Of a stretch of 64,000 nucleotides of DNA, positions 1 through 12,904 are shown one piece after another; position 1 is the stretch's first letter; every line of letters starts with the position of its first letter. Below the pieces are notes generated by a model, which saw only the letters and a program-made list of their open reading frames with translations, had not been told where the DNA came from and ran no database searches. The DNA is from Escherichia coli (GTDB taxonomy: Bacteria; Pseudomonadota; Gammaproteobacteria; Enterobacterales; Enterobacteriaceae), in the NCBI RefSeq assembly GCF_003790525.1, contig NZ_CP033635.1. One strand, 5' to 3'. The translations under genes were made by a program, and so were the position numbers.

Positions 1-538
<538 letters not shown>

Positions 539-556
539 TCTCGATTTATATCGAAC

Positions 557-580
557 AAAGGGCCTGCGGGCCCTTTTTTC
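557..580 (+). terminator. Rho-independent terminator of ompC (GGGCC-loop-GGCCC hairpin followed by a T-run)
   Basis: GC hairpin aaagggcctgcgggccc followed by tttttt, directly after the ompC stop. Confidence 0.6.
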
Positions 581-649
581 ATTGTTTTCAGCGTACAAAC
601 ACAGTTTTTTGGTGTACTCTTGCGACCGTTCGCATGAGGATAATCACGT

Positions 650-1705
650 ATGGAAATAAGCTTTACCCGCGTGGCACTGCTGGCTGCCGCGCTCTTCTTT
701 GTTGGTTGCGATCAAAAACCACAACCCGCCAAAACCCACGCTACTGAAGTTACCGTTCTTGAAGGCAAAACCATGGGTACCTTCTGGCGTGCCAGCATCC
801 CGGGCATTGATGCCAAACGCAGTGCCGAACTTAAAGAAAAGATTCAGACCCAGCTGGACGCCGACGATCAGCTGCTTTCGACCTATAAAAAAGATTCCGC
901 GCTGATGCGCTTTAACGACTCGCAAAGTTTGTCGCCGTGGCCGGTAAGTGAAGCGATGGCCGATATCGTCACCACCTCGCTGCGCATTGGCGCAAGGACC
1001 GATGGTGCGATGGATATAACCGTCGGGCCGCTGGTGAATCTGTGGGGCTTTGGCCCGGAACAACAGCCGGTTCAAATTCCGAGTCAGGAACAGATCGATG
1101 CGATGAAAGCCAAAACCGGCTTACAGCACCTGACGGTGATTAATCAGTCCCACCAGCAATATCTGCAAAAAGACCTGCCGGATTTATATGTCGATCTCTC
1201 TACCGTCGGTGAAGGTTATGCGGCGGATCATCTGGCACGCTTGATGGAGCAGGAAGGGATTTCCCGCTATCTGGTGTCGGTGGGCGGCGCGCTGAACAGC
1301 CGTGGTATGAACGGTGAAGGCCAGCCGTGGCGAGTGGCGATTCAAAAACCAACCGATAAAGAAAACGCGGTTCAGGCGGTGGTGGATATCAACGGCCACG
1401 GTATCAGCACCTCCGGCAGCTATCGCAACTATTACGAACTGGACGGCAAACGTCTTTCTCATGTTATCGATCCGCAAACCGGGCGTCCCATTGAACATAA
1501 TCTGGTATCCGTGACGGTGATTGCCCCGACGGCGCTGGAAGCCGACGCCTGGGACACAGGTTTGATGGTGCTCGGGCCGGATAAAGCCAAAGAAGTTGTT
1601 CGCCGGGAAGGGCTGGCGGTCTATATGATCACCAAAGAGGGCGATAGCTTTAAAACCTGGATGTCGCCGCAGTTTAAAAGCTTCCTTATCAGCGAAAAAA
1701 ATTAA
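650..1705 (+). CDS. apbE: FAD:protein FMN transferase (ApbE/Ftp family lipoprotein)
   Basis: 351-aa ORF with lipoprotein signal and lipobox (LLAAALFFVGC); recognised as E. coli ApbE. Confidence 0.93.
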   Translation: MEISFTRVALLAAALFFVGCDQKPQPAKTHATEVTVLEGKTMGTFWRASIPGIDAKRSAELKEKIQTQLDADDQLLSTYKKDSALMRFNDSQSLSPWPVSEAMADIVTTSLRIGARTDGAMDITVGPLVNLWGFGPEQQPVQIPSQEQIDAMKAKTGLQHLTVINQSHQQYLQKDLPDLYVDLSTVGEGYAADHLARLMEQEGISRYLVSVGGALNSRGMNGEGQPWRVAIQKPTDKENAVQAVVDINGHGISTSGSYRNYYELDGKRLSHVIDPQTGRPIEHNLVSVTVIAPTALEADAWDTGLMVLGPDKAKEVVRREGLAVYMITKEGDSFKTWMSPQFKSFLISEKN

Positions 1706-1745
1706 AGCGCAAGATTGTTGGTTTTTGCGCGATGGTGACCGGGCA
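1697..1745 (+). promoter_or_regulatory. ada promoter region with Ada box (AAAGCGCA) overlapping the apbE stop codon
   Basis: Sequence aaaaattAAAGCGCAagattgttggtttttgcgcgatgg about 70 bp upstream of the ada start; the Ada-box consensus is read by eye. Confidence 0.45.
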
Positions 1746-1778
1746 GACTAAAGGCTATCCTTAACCAGGGAGCTGATT

Positions 1779-2843
1779 ATGAAAAACGCCACATGCTTAA
1801 CAGACGATCAACGCTGGCAATCTGTCTTAGCCCGCGACCCGAATGCCGACGGCGAATTCGTTTTCGCCGTGCGCACCACAGGTATCTTTTGCCGTCCGTC
1901 TTGCCGCGCCAGACATGCCTTGCGGGAAAATGTCTCCTTCTACGCAAATGCCAGCGAGGCACTCGCCGCCGGATTTCGCCCCTGCAAACGTTGTCAGCCA
2001 GACAAAGCCAATGCCCAGCAACATCGCCTTGATAAAATTACCCACGCCTGCCGACTTCTGGAACAGGAAACGCCTGTAACGCTGGAAGCCTTAGCCGACC
2101 ATGTGGCGATGAGTCCGTTCCATCTGCATCGGTTGTTTAAAGCGACTACCGGAATGACGCCTAAAGCCTGGCAACAGGCCTGGCGCGCTCGCCGTTTGCG
2201 CGAATCGCTGGCGAAAGGGGAGAGCGTGACGACGTCTATTCTTAACGCCGGATTCCCCGACAGCAGCAGTTACTACCGCAAAGCTGACGAAACGCTGGGC
2301 ATGACGGCTAAACAATTCCGTCACGGTGGCGAAAATCTGGCGGTGCGTTACGCGCTGGCTGATTGTGAGCTGGGCCGTTGCCTGGTGGCAGAAAGTGAGC
2401 GGGGGATTTGCGCGATATTACTGGGCGATGATGACGCGACACTAATCAGCGAGTTACAGCAGATGTTTCCCGCTGCCGACAGCGCGCCTGCCGATCTGAC
2501 GTTTCAGCAACATGTGCGTGAAGTGATCGCCAGCCTCAATCAACGCGATACGCCGCTGACGTTACCGCTGGACATTCGCGGCACTGCTTTTCAGCAACAA
2601 GTCTGGCAGGCACTGCGCACGATACCTTGCGGTGAAACCGTCAGTTATCAGCAACTGGCTAATGCCATCGGCAAACCGAAAGCGGTACGGGCTGTTGCCA
2701 GCGCCTGTGCCGCCAACAAGCTAGCTATCGTTATACCTTGTCATCGGGTGGTCCGTGGTGATGGCACACTTTCCGGTTACCGCTGGGGCGTGTCGCGCAA
2801 AGCGCAACTGCTGCGCCGCGAAGCTGAGAATGAGGAGAGGTAA
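1779..2843 (+). CDS. ada: Bifunctional transcriptional activator / O6-methylguanine-DNA methyltransferase Ada
   Basis: 354-aa ORF; N-terminal Cys-rich methylphosphotriester acceptor region (FCRPSCRARH...PCKRCQP), AraC-type HTH, C-terminal PCHRV active-site motif. Confidence 0.95.
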   Translation: MKNATCLTDDQRWQSVLARDPNADGEFVFAVRTTGIFCRPSCRARHALRENVSFYANASEALAAGFRPCKRCQPDKANAQQHRLDKITHACRLLEQETPVTLEALADHVAMSPFHLHRLFKATTGMTPKAWQQAWRARRLRESLAKGESVTTSILNAGFPDSSSYYRKADETLGMTAKQFRHGGENLAVRYALADCELGRCLVAESERGICAILLGDDDATLISELQQMFPAADSAPADLTFQQHVREVIASLNQRDTPLTLPLDIRGTAFQQQVWQALRTIPCGETVSYQQLANAIGKPKAVRAVASACAANKLAIVIPCHRVVRGDGTLSGYRWGVSRKAQLLRREAENEER

Positions 2844-3493
2844 TGTTGGATCTGTTTGCCGATGCTGAACCGTGGCAAGAGCCACTGGCGGCTGGTGCGG
2901 TAATTTTACGGCGTTTCGCTTTTAACGCTGCGGAGCAACTAATCCGCGATATTAATGACGTTGCCAGCCAGTCGCCGTTTCGCCAGATGGTCACTCCAGG
3001 CGGATATACCATGTCGGTGGCGATGACCAACTGTGGGCATCTGGGCTGGACGACCCATCGGCAAGGTTATCTCTATTCGCCCATTGATCCGCAAACAAAT
3101 AAACCGTGGCCCGCCATGCCGCAGAGTTTTCATCATTTATGTCAACGTGCGGCTACGGCGGGGGGCTATCCAGATTTCCAGCCAGATGCCTGTTTGATCA
3201 ACCGCTACGTTCCTGGCGCGAAACTGTCGCTGCATCAGGATAAAGACGAACCGGATCTGCGCGCGCCAATTGTTTCTGTTTCTCTGGGCTTACCCGCGAT
3301 TTTTCAATTTGGCGGCCTGAAACGAAATGATCCGCTAAAAAGATTGTTGCTGGAACATGGCGATGTGGTGGTATGGGGCGGTGAATCGCGGCTGTTTTAT
3401 CATGGCATTCAACCGTTGAAAGCGGGGTTTCATCCACTCGCCGGCGACTGCCGCTACAACCTGACATTCCGTCAGGCAGGTAAAAAAGAATAA
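2843..3493 (+). CDS. alkB: Alpha-ketoglutarate/Fe(II)-dependent DNA dioxygenase AlkB
   Basis: 216-aa ORF, start overlaps the ada stop by 1 nt (translational coupling); contains the LHQDKDE motif. Confidence 0.95.
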   Translation: MLDLFADAEPWQEPLAAGAVILRRFAFNAAEQLIRDINDVASQSPFRQMVTPGGYTMSVAMTNCGHLGWTTHRQGYLYSPIDPQTNKPWPAMPQSFHHLCQRAATAGGYPDFQPDACLINRYVPGAKLSLHQDKDEPDLRAPIVSVSLGLPAIFQFGGLKRNDPLKRLLLEHGDVVVWGGESRLFYHGIQPLKAGFHPLAGDCRYNLTFRQAGKKE

Positions 3494-3568
3494 AAATAAG
3501 AATTATTATTGCTGTGCGCGCGAAGATGTTTAAACTGCGGGCTGTAATTCATTGTCCGGGTTTTCTGC

Positions 3569-5212
3569 ATGGAACTTCTTGTACTTGTCTGGCGGCAGTA
3601 TCGCTGGCCATTTATCAGTGTGATGGCGCTAAGCCTCGCCAGTGCGGCATTAGGCATTGGCTTAATTGCTTTTATCAATCAGCGCCTTATCGAAACGGCG
3701 GATACCAGTCTGCTGGTGTTGCCGGAGTTTCTGGGATTATTGTTGCTGTTGATGGCAGTCACTCTCGGATCGCAACTGGCGCTCACCACTTTGGGGCATC
3801 ACTTCGTTTACCGACTGCGTAGTGAATTTATCAAGCGGATTCTGGATACCCACGTCGAGCGCATTGAACAACTTGGTAGCGCTTCGTTGCTGGCGGGGTT
3901 AACCAGCGATGTGCGCAATATCACCATTGCTTTTGTGCGTCTGCCGGAACTGGTGCAGGGGATCATTCTCACTATCGGTTCCGCGGCGTATTTGTGGATG
4001 CTGTCGGGCAAAATGTTGCTGGTAACGGCTATCTGGATGGCAGTCACCATCTGGGGCGGTTTTGTGCTGGTGGCGCGGGTGTACAAACATATGGCGACCC
4101 TGCGTGAAACCGAAGATAAGCTGTACACGGATTTTCAAACCGTACTCGAAGGGCGCAAAGAGCTGACTCTGAACCGGGAACGCGCCGAGTATGTGTTTAA
4201 CAACCTCTACATTCCTGATGCGCAAGAGTATCGCCATCATATTATCCGCGCAGACACCTTCCATCTTAGTGCCGTGAACTGGTCAAACATCATGATGCTG
4301 GGCGCTATCGGCCTGGTGTTCTGGATGGCGAACAGTCTCGGTTGGGCTGATACCAACGTTGCCGCGACCTATTCGTTGACGCTGTTGTTCCTGCGTACGC
4401 CGCTGCTTTCGGCGGTTGGCGCATTACCGACGCTGCTGACGGCGCAGGTGGCGTTTAACAAGCTGAACAAATTCGCGCTCGCGCCTTTCAAAGCAGAGTT
4501 TCCGCGTCCGCAGACGTTTCCCAACTGGCAAACGCTGGAGCTGCGCAATGTTACGTTTGCTTATCAGGATAACGCGTTTTCCGTTGGGCCGATTAACCTC
4601 ACCATCAAACGTGGCGAACTGCTGTTTCTGATTGGTGGCAACGGTAGTGGAAAATCGACGCTGGCGATGTTGCTGACGGGCTTGTATCAGCCACAAAGCG
4701 GCGAAATCTTGCTGGATGGCAAACCTGTCAGCGGCGAACAACCGGAAGATTATCGCAAACTGTTTTCGGCAGTGTTTACCGATGTCTGGCTGTTCGATCA
4801 ACTGCTGGGGCCGGAGGGTCAACCCGCTAACCCGCAACTGATTGAGAAGTGGCTGGCGCAACTGAAAATGGCTCATAAGCTTGAGTTAAGCAACGGGCGT
4901 ATTGTTAACCTGAAGTTATCAAAAGGGCAGAAAAAACGCGTCGCGCTGTTGCTGGCGCTGGCAGAAGAACGCGATATTATCCTGCTGGATGAATGGGCGG
5001 CGGATCAGGACCCACACTTCCGCCGTGAGTTTTATCAGGTGCTGCTGCCGCTGATGCAGGAGATGGGTAAAACCATATTCGCCATCAGTCATGATGATCA
5101 TTACTTTATCCACGCTGACCGCCTGCTGGAAATGCGCAACGGGCAACTTAGCGAGCTGACAGGCGAAGAGCGCGATGCTGCTTCGCGTGATGCCGTTGCC
5201 CGGACGGCATAA
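3569..5212 (+). CDS. yojI: ABC exporter, fused permease/ATPase (microcin J25 efflux YojI)
   Basis: 547-aa ORF; N-terminal TM domain and C-terminal ABC ATPase with Walker [10 protein letters not shown]. Confidence 0.92.
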   Translation: MELLVLVWRQYRWPFISVMALSLASAALGIGLIAFINQRLIETADTSLLVLPEFLGLLLLLMAVTLGSQLALTTLGHHFVYRLRSEFIKRILDTHVERIEQLGSASLLAGLTSDVRNITIAFVRLPELVQGIILTIGSAAYLWMLSGKMLLVTAIWMAVTIWGGFVLVARVYKHMATLRETEDKLYTDFQTVLEGRKELTLNRERAEYVFNNLYIPDAQEYRHHIIRADTFHLSAVNWSNIMMLGAIGLVFWMANSLGWADTNVAATYSLTLLFLRTPLLSAVGALPTLLTAQVAFNKLNKFALAPFKAEFPRPQTFPNWQTLELRNVTFAYQDNAFSVGPINLTIKRGELLFLIGGNGSGKSTLAMLLTGLYQPQSGEILLDGKPVSGEQPEDYRKLFSAVFTDVWLFDQLLGPEGQPANPQLIEKWLAQLKMAHKLELSNGRIVNLKLSKGQKKRVALLLALAEERDIILLDEWAADQDPHFRREFYQVLLPLMQEMGKTIFAISHDDHYFIHADRLLEMRNGQLSELTGEERDAASRDAVARTA

Positions 5213-5417
5213 TATTTCGACGCTGACCTGGCGGACTGCTGCCGCCAGGTCAATATGCTAAAAATCCCTTCGTTTCTAATAACCCTATAATTAATCAACG
5301 AAATTATAATGTTTCTAAAATTAGAATATAATTTATAAACATTATTTAAATGTTGTTACTTAAGTGTTACCGTTGGTGCCGCGCAAATCTCACCTGCAAT
5401 AAAGCGACTAAAAGTAA

Positions 5418-7076
<1,659 letters not shown>

Positions 7077-7077
7077 T

Positions 7078-7215
7078 GATGTGCCACATCCGGCATGGTT
7101 TGCCGGATGTGGCGTATGCTAATAAGACGCGTCAGCGTCGCATCAGGCAACCGGCTCGGGCGTTAGATGTCGGATGCGGCGTAACCGCCTTATTCGGCCT
7201 ACAGGTTGCAGCACT
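7078..7215. repeat. REP/BIME-type repetitive extragenic palindromes (two or more units) between the mqo and eco 3' ends
   Basis: GCCGGATG...GGCGTAACCGCCTTATTCGGCCTAC-type palindromic units typical of enterobacterial REP sequences, in a convergent intergenic region. Confidence 0.7.
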
Positions 7216-7225
7216 TCACAGCAGT

Positions 7226-7714
7226 TTAGCGGACAACCGCGTTGTCAATTTTCTCTTCCGCCTTCCAGACACGGTACTTCACATCCACATTGTCTGGCGT
7301 ATACACCACGATCGGCAGCTTGCTGTTGTAACGCAGCATTCCAGCATCGCCCAGATACGCGGTGACAAATTTCTTCTCTTTCTTGCCATCCGGGCAAGCC
7401 ATCATCGTGGAAACCGGCGAGCTAACTTTATCAAAGACATAATAATCATAGCCCCAGCCTTCCAGCGTTTTGCTTTCCAGCTTCCCGCCGAGACGATGCA
7501 AATTGCAGTCGACTTCCAGCGTCTGACCGATTAACAGTTCTACTTTCAGGGTAGATTCATCTTCTTGCGGAGTTAACTGAATCACCTGACGCTTCATGCC
7601 TTTTTCAGCTTGTGGATAAGGTGCGATTTTTTCCAGTGGCTGGACGCTTTCTGCCGCCCAGGCGGAAGTGGTGGCGAAAGCGGCAAACAATACTGCAGGT
7701 AGAATGGTCTTCAT
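7226..7714 (-). CDS. eco: Ecotin, periplasmic serine-protease inhibitor
   Basis: ORF 7226..7735 trimmed to the [20 protein letters not shown] signal-peptide start (162 aa), preceded by a GGAAAG Shine-Dalgarno. Confidence 0.93.
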
Positions 7715-7848
7715 TTTTTTGCTTTCCTTCTTCATTTATAGGTTTTCACCGATGATGTCGCTGAAGGTTAACATATTCATCAGATTTATTAATTTGCTTT
7801 ATGAATAACTTAAAGAACATTCAGATAATTTTACCTGCTCTTTTAGTG

Positions 7849-8013
7849 TTAAATTCTGATGAGAAAACAAACCAGCAGAAATATCTCTGGCGAATTAATC
7901 GCTATATAAATATGTTTATAACCATTTGAAATGTGAGCAAAAGCCCGTTTTTGCCACGCTTCCCGCCACTCTTTTGATCCTGCTACAGGTTTTACCCCGA
8001 TCGGGGTATGCAT
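7849..8013 (-). CDS. yojO: Small protein of unknown function (54 codons), divergent from napF
   Basis: Hand-translated minus-strand ORF MHTPIGVKPVAGSKEWREAWQKRAFAHISNGYKHIYIAINSPEIFLLVCFLIRI-stop. Length and position agree with my recollection of the K-12 small gene yojO next to eco, but this is not verified. Below the 60-aa cutoff of the ORF track. Confidence 0.4.
   Translation of the reverse strand: MHTPIGVKPVAGSKEWREAWQKRAFAHISNGYKHIYIAINSPEIFLLVCFLIRI
7897..7921 (+). promoter_or_regulatory. Candidate ModE operator in the napF control region
   Basis: atCGCTATATAaatatgtTTATAAcc resembles the ModE consensus (CGCTATATA-N-TATATAACG); the napF promoter is known to be molybdate/ModE-responsive. 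Confidence 0.4.
7974..8008 (+). promoter_or_regulatory. napF promoter: candidate FNR half-site (TTGAT) and a perfect NarP/NarL 7-2-7 palindrome TACCCCGATCGGGGTA
   Basis: Perfect 16-bp palindrome at about 7993..8008 matching the NarL/NarP heptamer pair (TACYYMT-2-AKRRGTA), about 115 bp upstream of the napF start; TTGAT about 15 bp further upstream. Confidence 0.6.
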
Positions 8014-8121
8014 CTTTGACACATCCTTTAATATCTTAGCGGCTATAAAAATGGCTTATTAATTATGCGGTTTATTTGGTCGCTCTCAATTTTCAGAGCG
8101 CGTTAATGATGGAAGGTCAAT

Positions 8122-8616
8122 GTGAAGATTGATGCATCCCGTCGGGGCATACTCACTGGTCGCTGGCGCAAAGCCAGTAACGGTATCCGTCCGCCCTGGT
8201 CCGGTGATGAATCTCATTTTCTGACCCATTGCACCCGCTGTGATGTCTGTATTAATGCTTGTGAAAACAACATTCTGCAACGCGGCGCGGGTGGCTATCC
8301 GAGCGTTAATTTCAAAAATAACGAGTGCAGCTTCTGTTACGCCTGCGCGCAGGCTTGCCCCGAATCGCTATTTTCTCCGCGCCACACCAGGGCCTGGGAT
8401 TTGCAGTTCACCATTGGGGACGCGTGCCTGGCGTATCAGTCAGTTGAATGCCGCCGCTGTCAGGATAGCTGTGAGCCAATGGCAATTATCTTTCGCCCGA
8501 CGCTCTCCGGGATCTACCAGCCGCAACTTAATAGCCAACTTTGCAACGGATGTGGAGCATGTGCAGCCAGCTGTCCGGTATCAGCCATAACTGCGGAGTA
8601 TCTCCATGCACACTAA
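8122..8616 (+). CDS. napF: Ferredoxin-type protein NapF (4Fe-4S clusters)
   Basis: 164-aa ORF, GTG start; several CxxCxxCxxxCP-type ferredoxin motifs. Confidence 0.93.
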   Translation: MKIDASRRGILTGRWRKASNGIRPPWSGDESHFLTHCTRCDVCINACENNILQRGAGGYPSVNFKNNECSFCYACAQACPESLFSPRHTRAWDLQFTIGDACLAYQSVECRRCQDSCEPMAIIFRPTLSGIYQPQLNSQLCNGCGACAASCPVSAITAEYLHAH

Positions 8617-8869
8617 CTGGCAAGTTTGCAGCCTGGTCGTGCAGGCCAAAAGCGAACGAATTTCAGACATCAGCACCCAACTGAACGCCTTTACCGGCTG
8701 TGAAGTTGCTGTCAGCGACGCGCCGAGCGGTCAGTTGATTGTGGTGGTGGAAGCAGAAGACAGCGAAACGCTGATCCAAACCATTGAGTCAGTACGCAAC
8801 GTAGAGGGCGTGCTGGCGGTGTCGCTGGTTTATCACCAGCAGGAAGAGCAAGGTGAGGAAACACCATGA
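8606..8869 (+). CDS. napD: NapA signal-peptide chaperone NapD
   Basis: 87-aa ORF overlapping the napF end and the napA start. Confidence 0.93.
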   Translation: MHTNWQVCSLVVQAKSERISDISTQLNAFTGCEVAVSDAPSGQLIVVVEAEDSETLIQTIESVRNVEGVLAVSLVYHQQEEQGEETP

Positions 8870-11352
8870 AACTCAGTCGTCGTAGCTTTATGAAAGCTAA
8901 CGCCGTTGCGGCCGCTGCGGCGGCTGCCGGTCTCAGCGTGCCGGGCGTTGCCCGCGCCGTTGTTGGTCAGCAGGAAGCCATTAAATGGGATAAAGCGCCG
9001 TGCCGTTTCTGCGGTACGGGTTGCGGCGTTCTGGTCGGAACGCAGCAGGGGCGTGTGGTGGCCTGTCAGGGCGACCCGGACGCACCGGTTAACCGTGGCC
9101 TGAACTGCATTAAGGGCTATTTCCTGCCCAAAATCATGTACGGTAAAGACCGTTTGACGCAGCCGCTGCTGCGTATGAAAAACGGTAAATATGACAAAGA
9201 AGGCGAATTTACCCCAATCACCTGGGATCAGGCCTTCGATGTGATGGAAGAGAAATTTAAGACTGCCCTGAAAGAAAAAGGGCCGGAATCGATCGGTATG
9301 TTCGGTTCTGGTCAGTGGACTATCTGGGAAGGTTATGCCGCGTCCAAGTTGTTCAAAGCGGGCTTCCGTTCGAACAACATCGACCCGAACGCGCGTCACT
9401 GTATGGCGTCGGCAGTAGTTGGCTTTATGCGTACCTTTGGTATGGATGAGCCGATGGGCTGCTACGACGACATCGAGCAGGCTGACGCGTTTGTGCTGTG
9501 GGGCGCAAACATGGCGGAGATGCACCCGATCCTCTGGTCGCGCATCACTAACCGTCGTCTCTCTAACCAGAACGTTACCGTGGCGGTGCTTTCTACCTAC
9601 CAGCATCGTAGCTTCGAGCTGGCGGATAACGGCATCATCTTTACGCCGCAATCTGACCTGGTGATCCTGAACTATATCGCCAACTATATCATTCAAAACA
9701 ATGCGATAAATCAGGACTTCTTCAGCAAACACGTTAACCTGCGCAAAGGGGCGACGGACATCGGCTACGGTTTACGTCCGACCCATCCGCTGGAAAAAGC
9801 AGCGAAGAATCCGGGTTCTGACGCCTCCGAACCGATGAGCTTTGAAGATTACAAAGCCTTCGTTGCTGAATATACGCTGGAAAAAACCGCCGAAATGACC
9901 GGCGTGCCGAAAGACCAGTTAGAACAACTGGCGCAGCTGTATGCCGATCCGAACAAGAAAGTCATCTCCTACTGGACGATGGGCTTCAACCAGCATACCC
10001 GTGGTGTGTGGGCCAACAACCTGGTCTACAACCTGCACCTGCTGACCGGCAAAATTTCCCAGCCGGGTTGCGGTCCGTTCTCCCTGACCGGGCAGCCTTC
10101 CGCGTGTGGTACTGCGCGTGAAGTGGGCACCTTTGCTCACCGTCTGCCTGCGGACATGGTGGTGACTAACGAGAAACATCGTGATATTTGCGAGAAGAAG
10201 TGGAATATCCCGAGTGGCACCATTCCGGCGAAAATCGGTCTGCACGCGGTGGCACAAGACCGTGCGCTGAAAGACGGCAAACTGAATGTTTACTGGACCA
10301 TGTGTACCAATAACATGCAGGCCGGACCGAACATTAATGAAGAGCGTATGCCGGGCTGGCGCGATCCGCGCAACTTTATCATCGTTTCCGATCCGTATCC
10401 GACGGTCAGTGCGCTGGCAGCGGACTTGATCCTGCCGACCGCAATGTGGGTAGAGAAAGAGGGCGCTTACGGTAATGCCGAACGCCGTACTCAGTTCTGG
10501 CGTCAGCAGGTACAGGCACCGGGTGAAGCGAAATCGGATCTCTGGCAGTTAGTTCAGTTCTCCCGCCGCTTCAAAACTGAAGAAGTGTGGCCGGAAGAGT
10601 TGCTGGCGAAGAAACCTGAACTGCGTGGCAAAACGCTGTATGAGGTTCTGTATGCCACTCCGGAAGTGAGCAAATTCCCGCTATCCGAACTGGCGGAAGA
10701 TCAGCTGAACGATGAATCCCGCGAGCTGGGCTTCTATCTGCAAAAAGGGCTGTTCGAAGAGTACGCATGGTTTGGTCGCGGTCACGGTCACGATCTCGCG
10801 CCGTTCGATGACTACCACAAAGCACGCGGTCTGCGCTGGCCGGTGGTGAACGGTAAAGAAACGCAGTGGCGTTACAGCGAAGGTAACGACCCGTACGTGA
10901 AAGCGGGCGAAGGCTACAAGTTCTACGGTAAACCGGATGGCAAAGCGGTGATCTTCGCGCTGCCGTTCGAACCTGCGGCGGAAGCACCGGATGAAGAGTA
11001 CGACCTGTGGCTCTCTACCGGACGCGTCCTGGAGCACTGGCATACCGGCAGTATGACTCGCCGTGTACCGGAACTGCACCGCGCCTTCCCTGAAGCGGTC
11101 CTGTTTATTCACCCGCTGGATGCGAAAGCGCGCGATCTGCGTCGTGGCGACAAAGTGAAAGTGGTTTCTCGCCGTGGCGAAGTGATCTCGATTGTCGAAA
11201 CGCGCGGCCGTAACCGTCCACCGCAGGGCCTGGTGTACATGCCGTTCTTCGACGCCGCACAGCTGGTTAACAAACTGACGCTGGACGCGACCGATCCGCT
11301 CTCGAAAGAGACGGACTTCAAGAAGTGCGCGGTCAAACTGGAGAAGGTGTAA
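8866..11352 (+). CDS. napA: Periplasmic nitrate reductase catalytic subunit NapA (molybdopterin, Tat-exported)
   Basis: 828-aa ORF; twin-arginine signal ([28 protein letters not shown]); N-terminal Cys cluster CRFCGTGC. Confidence 0.96.
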   Translation: MKLSRRSFMKANAVAAAAAAAGLSVPGVARAVVGQQEAIKWDKAPCRFCGTGCGVLVGTQQGRVVACQGDPDAPVNRGLNCIKGYFLPKIMYGKDRLTQPLLRMKNGKYDKEGEFTPITWDQAFDVMEEKFKTALKEKGPESIGMFGSGQWTIWEGYAASKLFKAGFRSNNIDPNARHCMASAVVGFMRTFGMDEPMGCYDDIEQADAFVLWGANMAEMHPILWSRITNRRLSNQNVTVAVLSTYQHRSFELADNGIIFTPQSDLVILNYIANYIIQNNAINQDFFSKHVNLRKGATDIGYGLRPTHPLEKAAKNPGSDASEPMSFEDYKAFVAEYTLEKTAEMTGVPKDQLEQLAQLYADPNKKVISYWTMGFNQHTRGVWANNLVYNLHLLTGKISQPGCGPFSLTGQPSACGTAREVGTFAHRLPADMVVTNEKHRDICEKKWNIPSGTIPAKIGLHAVAQDRALKDGKLNVYWTMCTNNMQAGPNINEERMPGWRDPRNFIIVSDPYPTVSALAADLILPTAMWVEKEGAYGNAERRTQFWRQQVQAPGEAKSDLWQLVQFSRRFKTEEVWPEELLAKKPELRGKTLYEVLYATPEVSKFPLSELAEDQLNDESRELGFYLQKGLFEEYAWFGRGHGHDLAPFDDYHKARGLRWPVVNGKETQWRYSEGNDPYVKAGEGYKFYGKPDGKAVIFALPFEPAAEAPDEEYDLWLSTGRVLEHWHTGSMTRRVPELHRAFPEAVLFIHPLDAKARDLRRGDKVKVVSRRGEVISIVETRGRNRPPQGLVYMPFFDAAQLVNKLTLDATDPLSKETDFKKCAVKLEKV

Positions 11353-11358
11353 GCCATT

Positions 11359-12054
11359 ATGTCCCGGTCAGCGAAACCTCAAAATGGTCGCCGCCGCTTT
11401 CTGCGCGATGTCGTTCGCACAGCAGGCGGGCTGGCTGCCGTGGGTGTGGCGCTGGGGTTACAACAGCAAACCGCACGCGCATCTGGTGTGCGGTTGCGCC
11501 CGCCCGGAGCCATAAACGAGAACGCCTTTGCCAGTGCCTGTGTGCGTTGCGGTCAGTGTGTTCAGGCTTGCCCTTACGACACCTTAAAACTGGCGACGCT
11601 GGCTTCTGGCCTGTCGGCGGGCACGCCATATTTTGTTGCGCGGGATATTCCTTGCGAAATGTGTGAGGACATTCCGTGCGCCAAAGTGTGCCCGAGCGGT
11701 GCGCTGGATCGTGAGATCGAATCGATCGACGACGCGCGGATGGGGCTGGCGGTGCTGGTGGACCAGGAAAACTGTCTCAACTTTCAGGGGCTGCGCTGCG
11801 ATGTTTGTTATCGCGAATGCCCGAAAATTGATGAGGCCATCACCCTGGAGCTGGAGCGCAACACGCGTACCGGTAAGCACGCCCGCTTTCTGCCGACGGT
11901 TCACAGCGACGCCTGTACCGGTTGCGGTAAGTGCGAAAAAGTGTGCGTGCTGGAACAACCGGCAATCAAGGTGTTACCGCTGTCACTAGCGAAAGGGGAG
12001 TTAGGTCACCATTACCGCTTCGGCTGGCTGGAGGGGAACAATGGCAAATCGTAA
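11359..12054 (+). CDS. napG: Ferredoxin-type quinol dehydrogenase subunit NapG (Tat signal)
   Basis: 231-aa ORF; RRRFLRD twin-arginine motif; four Cys-cluster motifs. Confidence 0.94.
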
Positions 12055-12904
12055 ACGTGACGCCGGGCGCGAGGCGCTGGAGAAAAAAGGCTGGTGGCGC
12101 AGTCACCGTTGGTTAGTGTTACGTCGCCTTTGTCAGTTCTTCGTGCTGGGGATGTTTTTGAGCGGTCCGTGGTTTGGTGTGTGGATCTTGCACGGCAACT
12201 ACAGCAGTAGCCTGTTATTCGACACCGTTCCGCTGACCGATCCGCTGATGACGCTGCAAAGCCTTGCCAGCGGTCATCTGCCTGCCACGGTAGCACTGAC
12301 TGGTGCGGTAATTATCACCGTGCTCTACGCCCTGGCAGGAAAGCGATTATTTTGCAGCTGGGTCTGCCCGCTGAACCCGATTACCGACTTAGCGAACTGG
12401 TTACGCAGGCGCTTTGACCTCAATCAGTCTGCGACGATCCCTCGCCACATTCGCTACGTGCTGTTGGTGGTCATTCTGCTGGGATCGGCCTTAACCGGCA
12501 CGCTCATCTGGGAATGGATCAACCCCGTTTCCCTGATGGGGCGCAGCCTGGTAATGGGCTTCGGTAGCGGCGCGCTGCTTATTCTCGCGCTGTTTTTATT
12601 TGATCTACTGGTCGTTGAACACGGCTGGTGCGGTCACATTTGTCCGGTTGGCGCGCTGTATGGCGTACTGGGTAGCAAAGGTGTGATTACCGTTGCGGCC
12701 AGCGATCGGCAGAAATGTAACCGCTGTATGGATTGTTTTCATGTTTGCCCGGAACCGCATGTGCTACGTGCCCCGGTGCTGGATGAACAAAGCCCGGTGC
12801 AGGTCACCAGCCGCGATTGCATGACGTGCGGTCGCTGCGTGGATGTCTGTTCTGAGGATGTATTTACAATAACTACACGATGGAGTTCGGGAGCGAAATC
12901 ATGA
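12041..12904 (+). CDS. napH: Membrane ferredoxin-type quinol dehydrogenase subunit NapH
   Basis: 287-aa ORF with TM segments and C-terminal Cys clusters; overlaps napG by 14 nt. Confidence 0.94.

Noticed and set aside
7801-7932. 43-codon plus-strand ORF (MNNLKNIQIILPALLVLNSDEKTNQQKYLWRINRYINMFITI) in the eco-napF spacer
   Set aside because: Overlaps the minus-strand 54-codon yojO candidate and the ModE-like site; no convincing Shine-Dalgarno. I favour the minus-strand ORF, though neither is proven.
8833-9732. 299-aa ORF on the minus strand
   Set aside because: Lies entirely antisense within napA, which has unmistakable molybdopterin-oxidoreductase and Tat-signal features; a typical GC-rich antisense frame.
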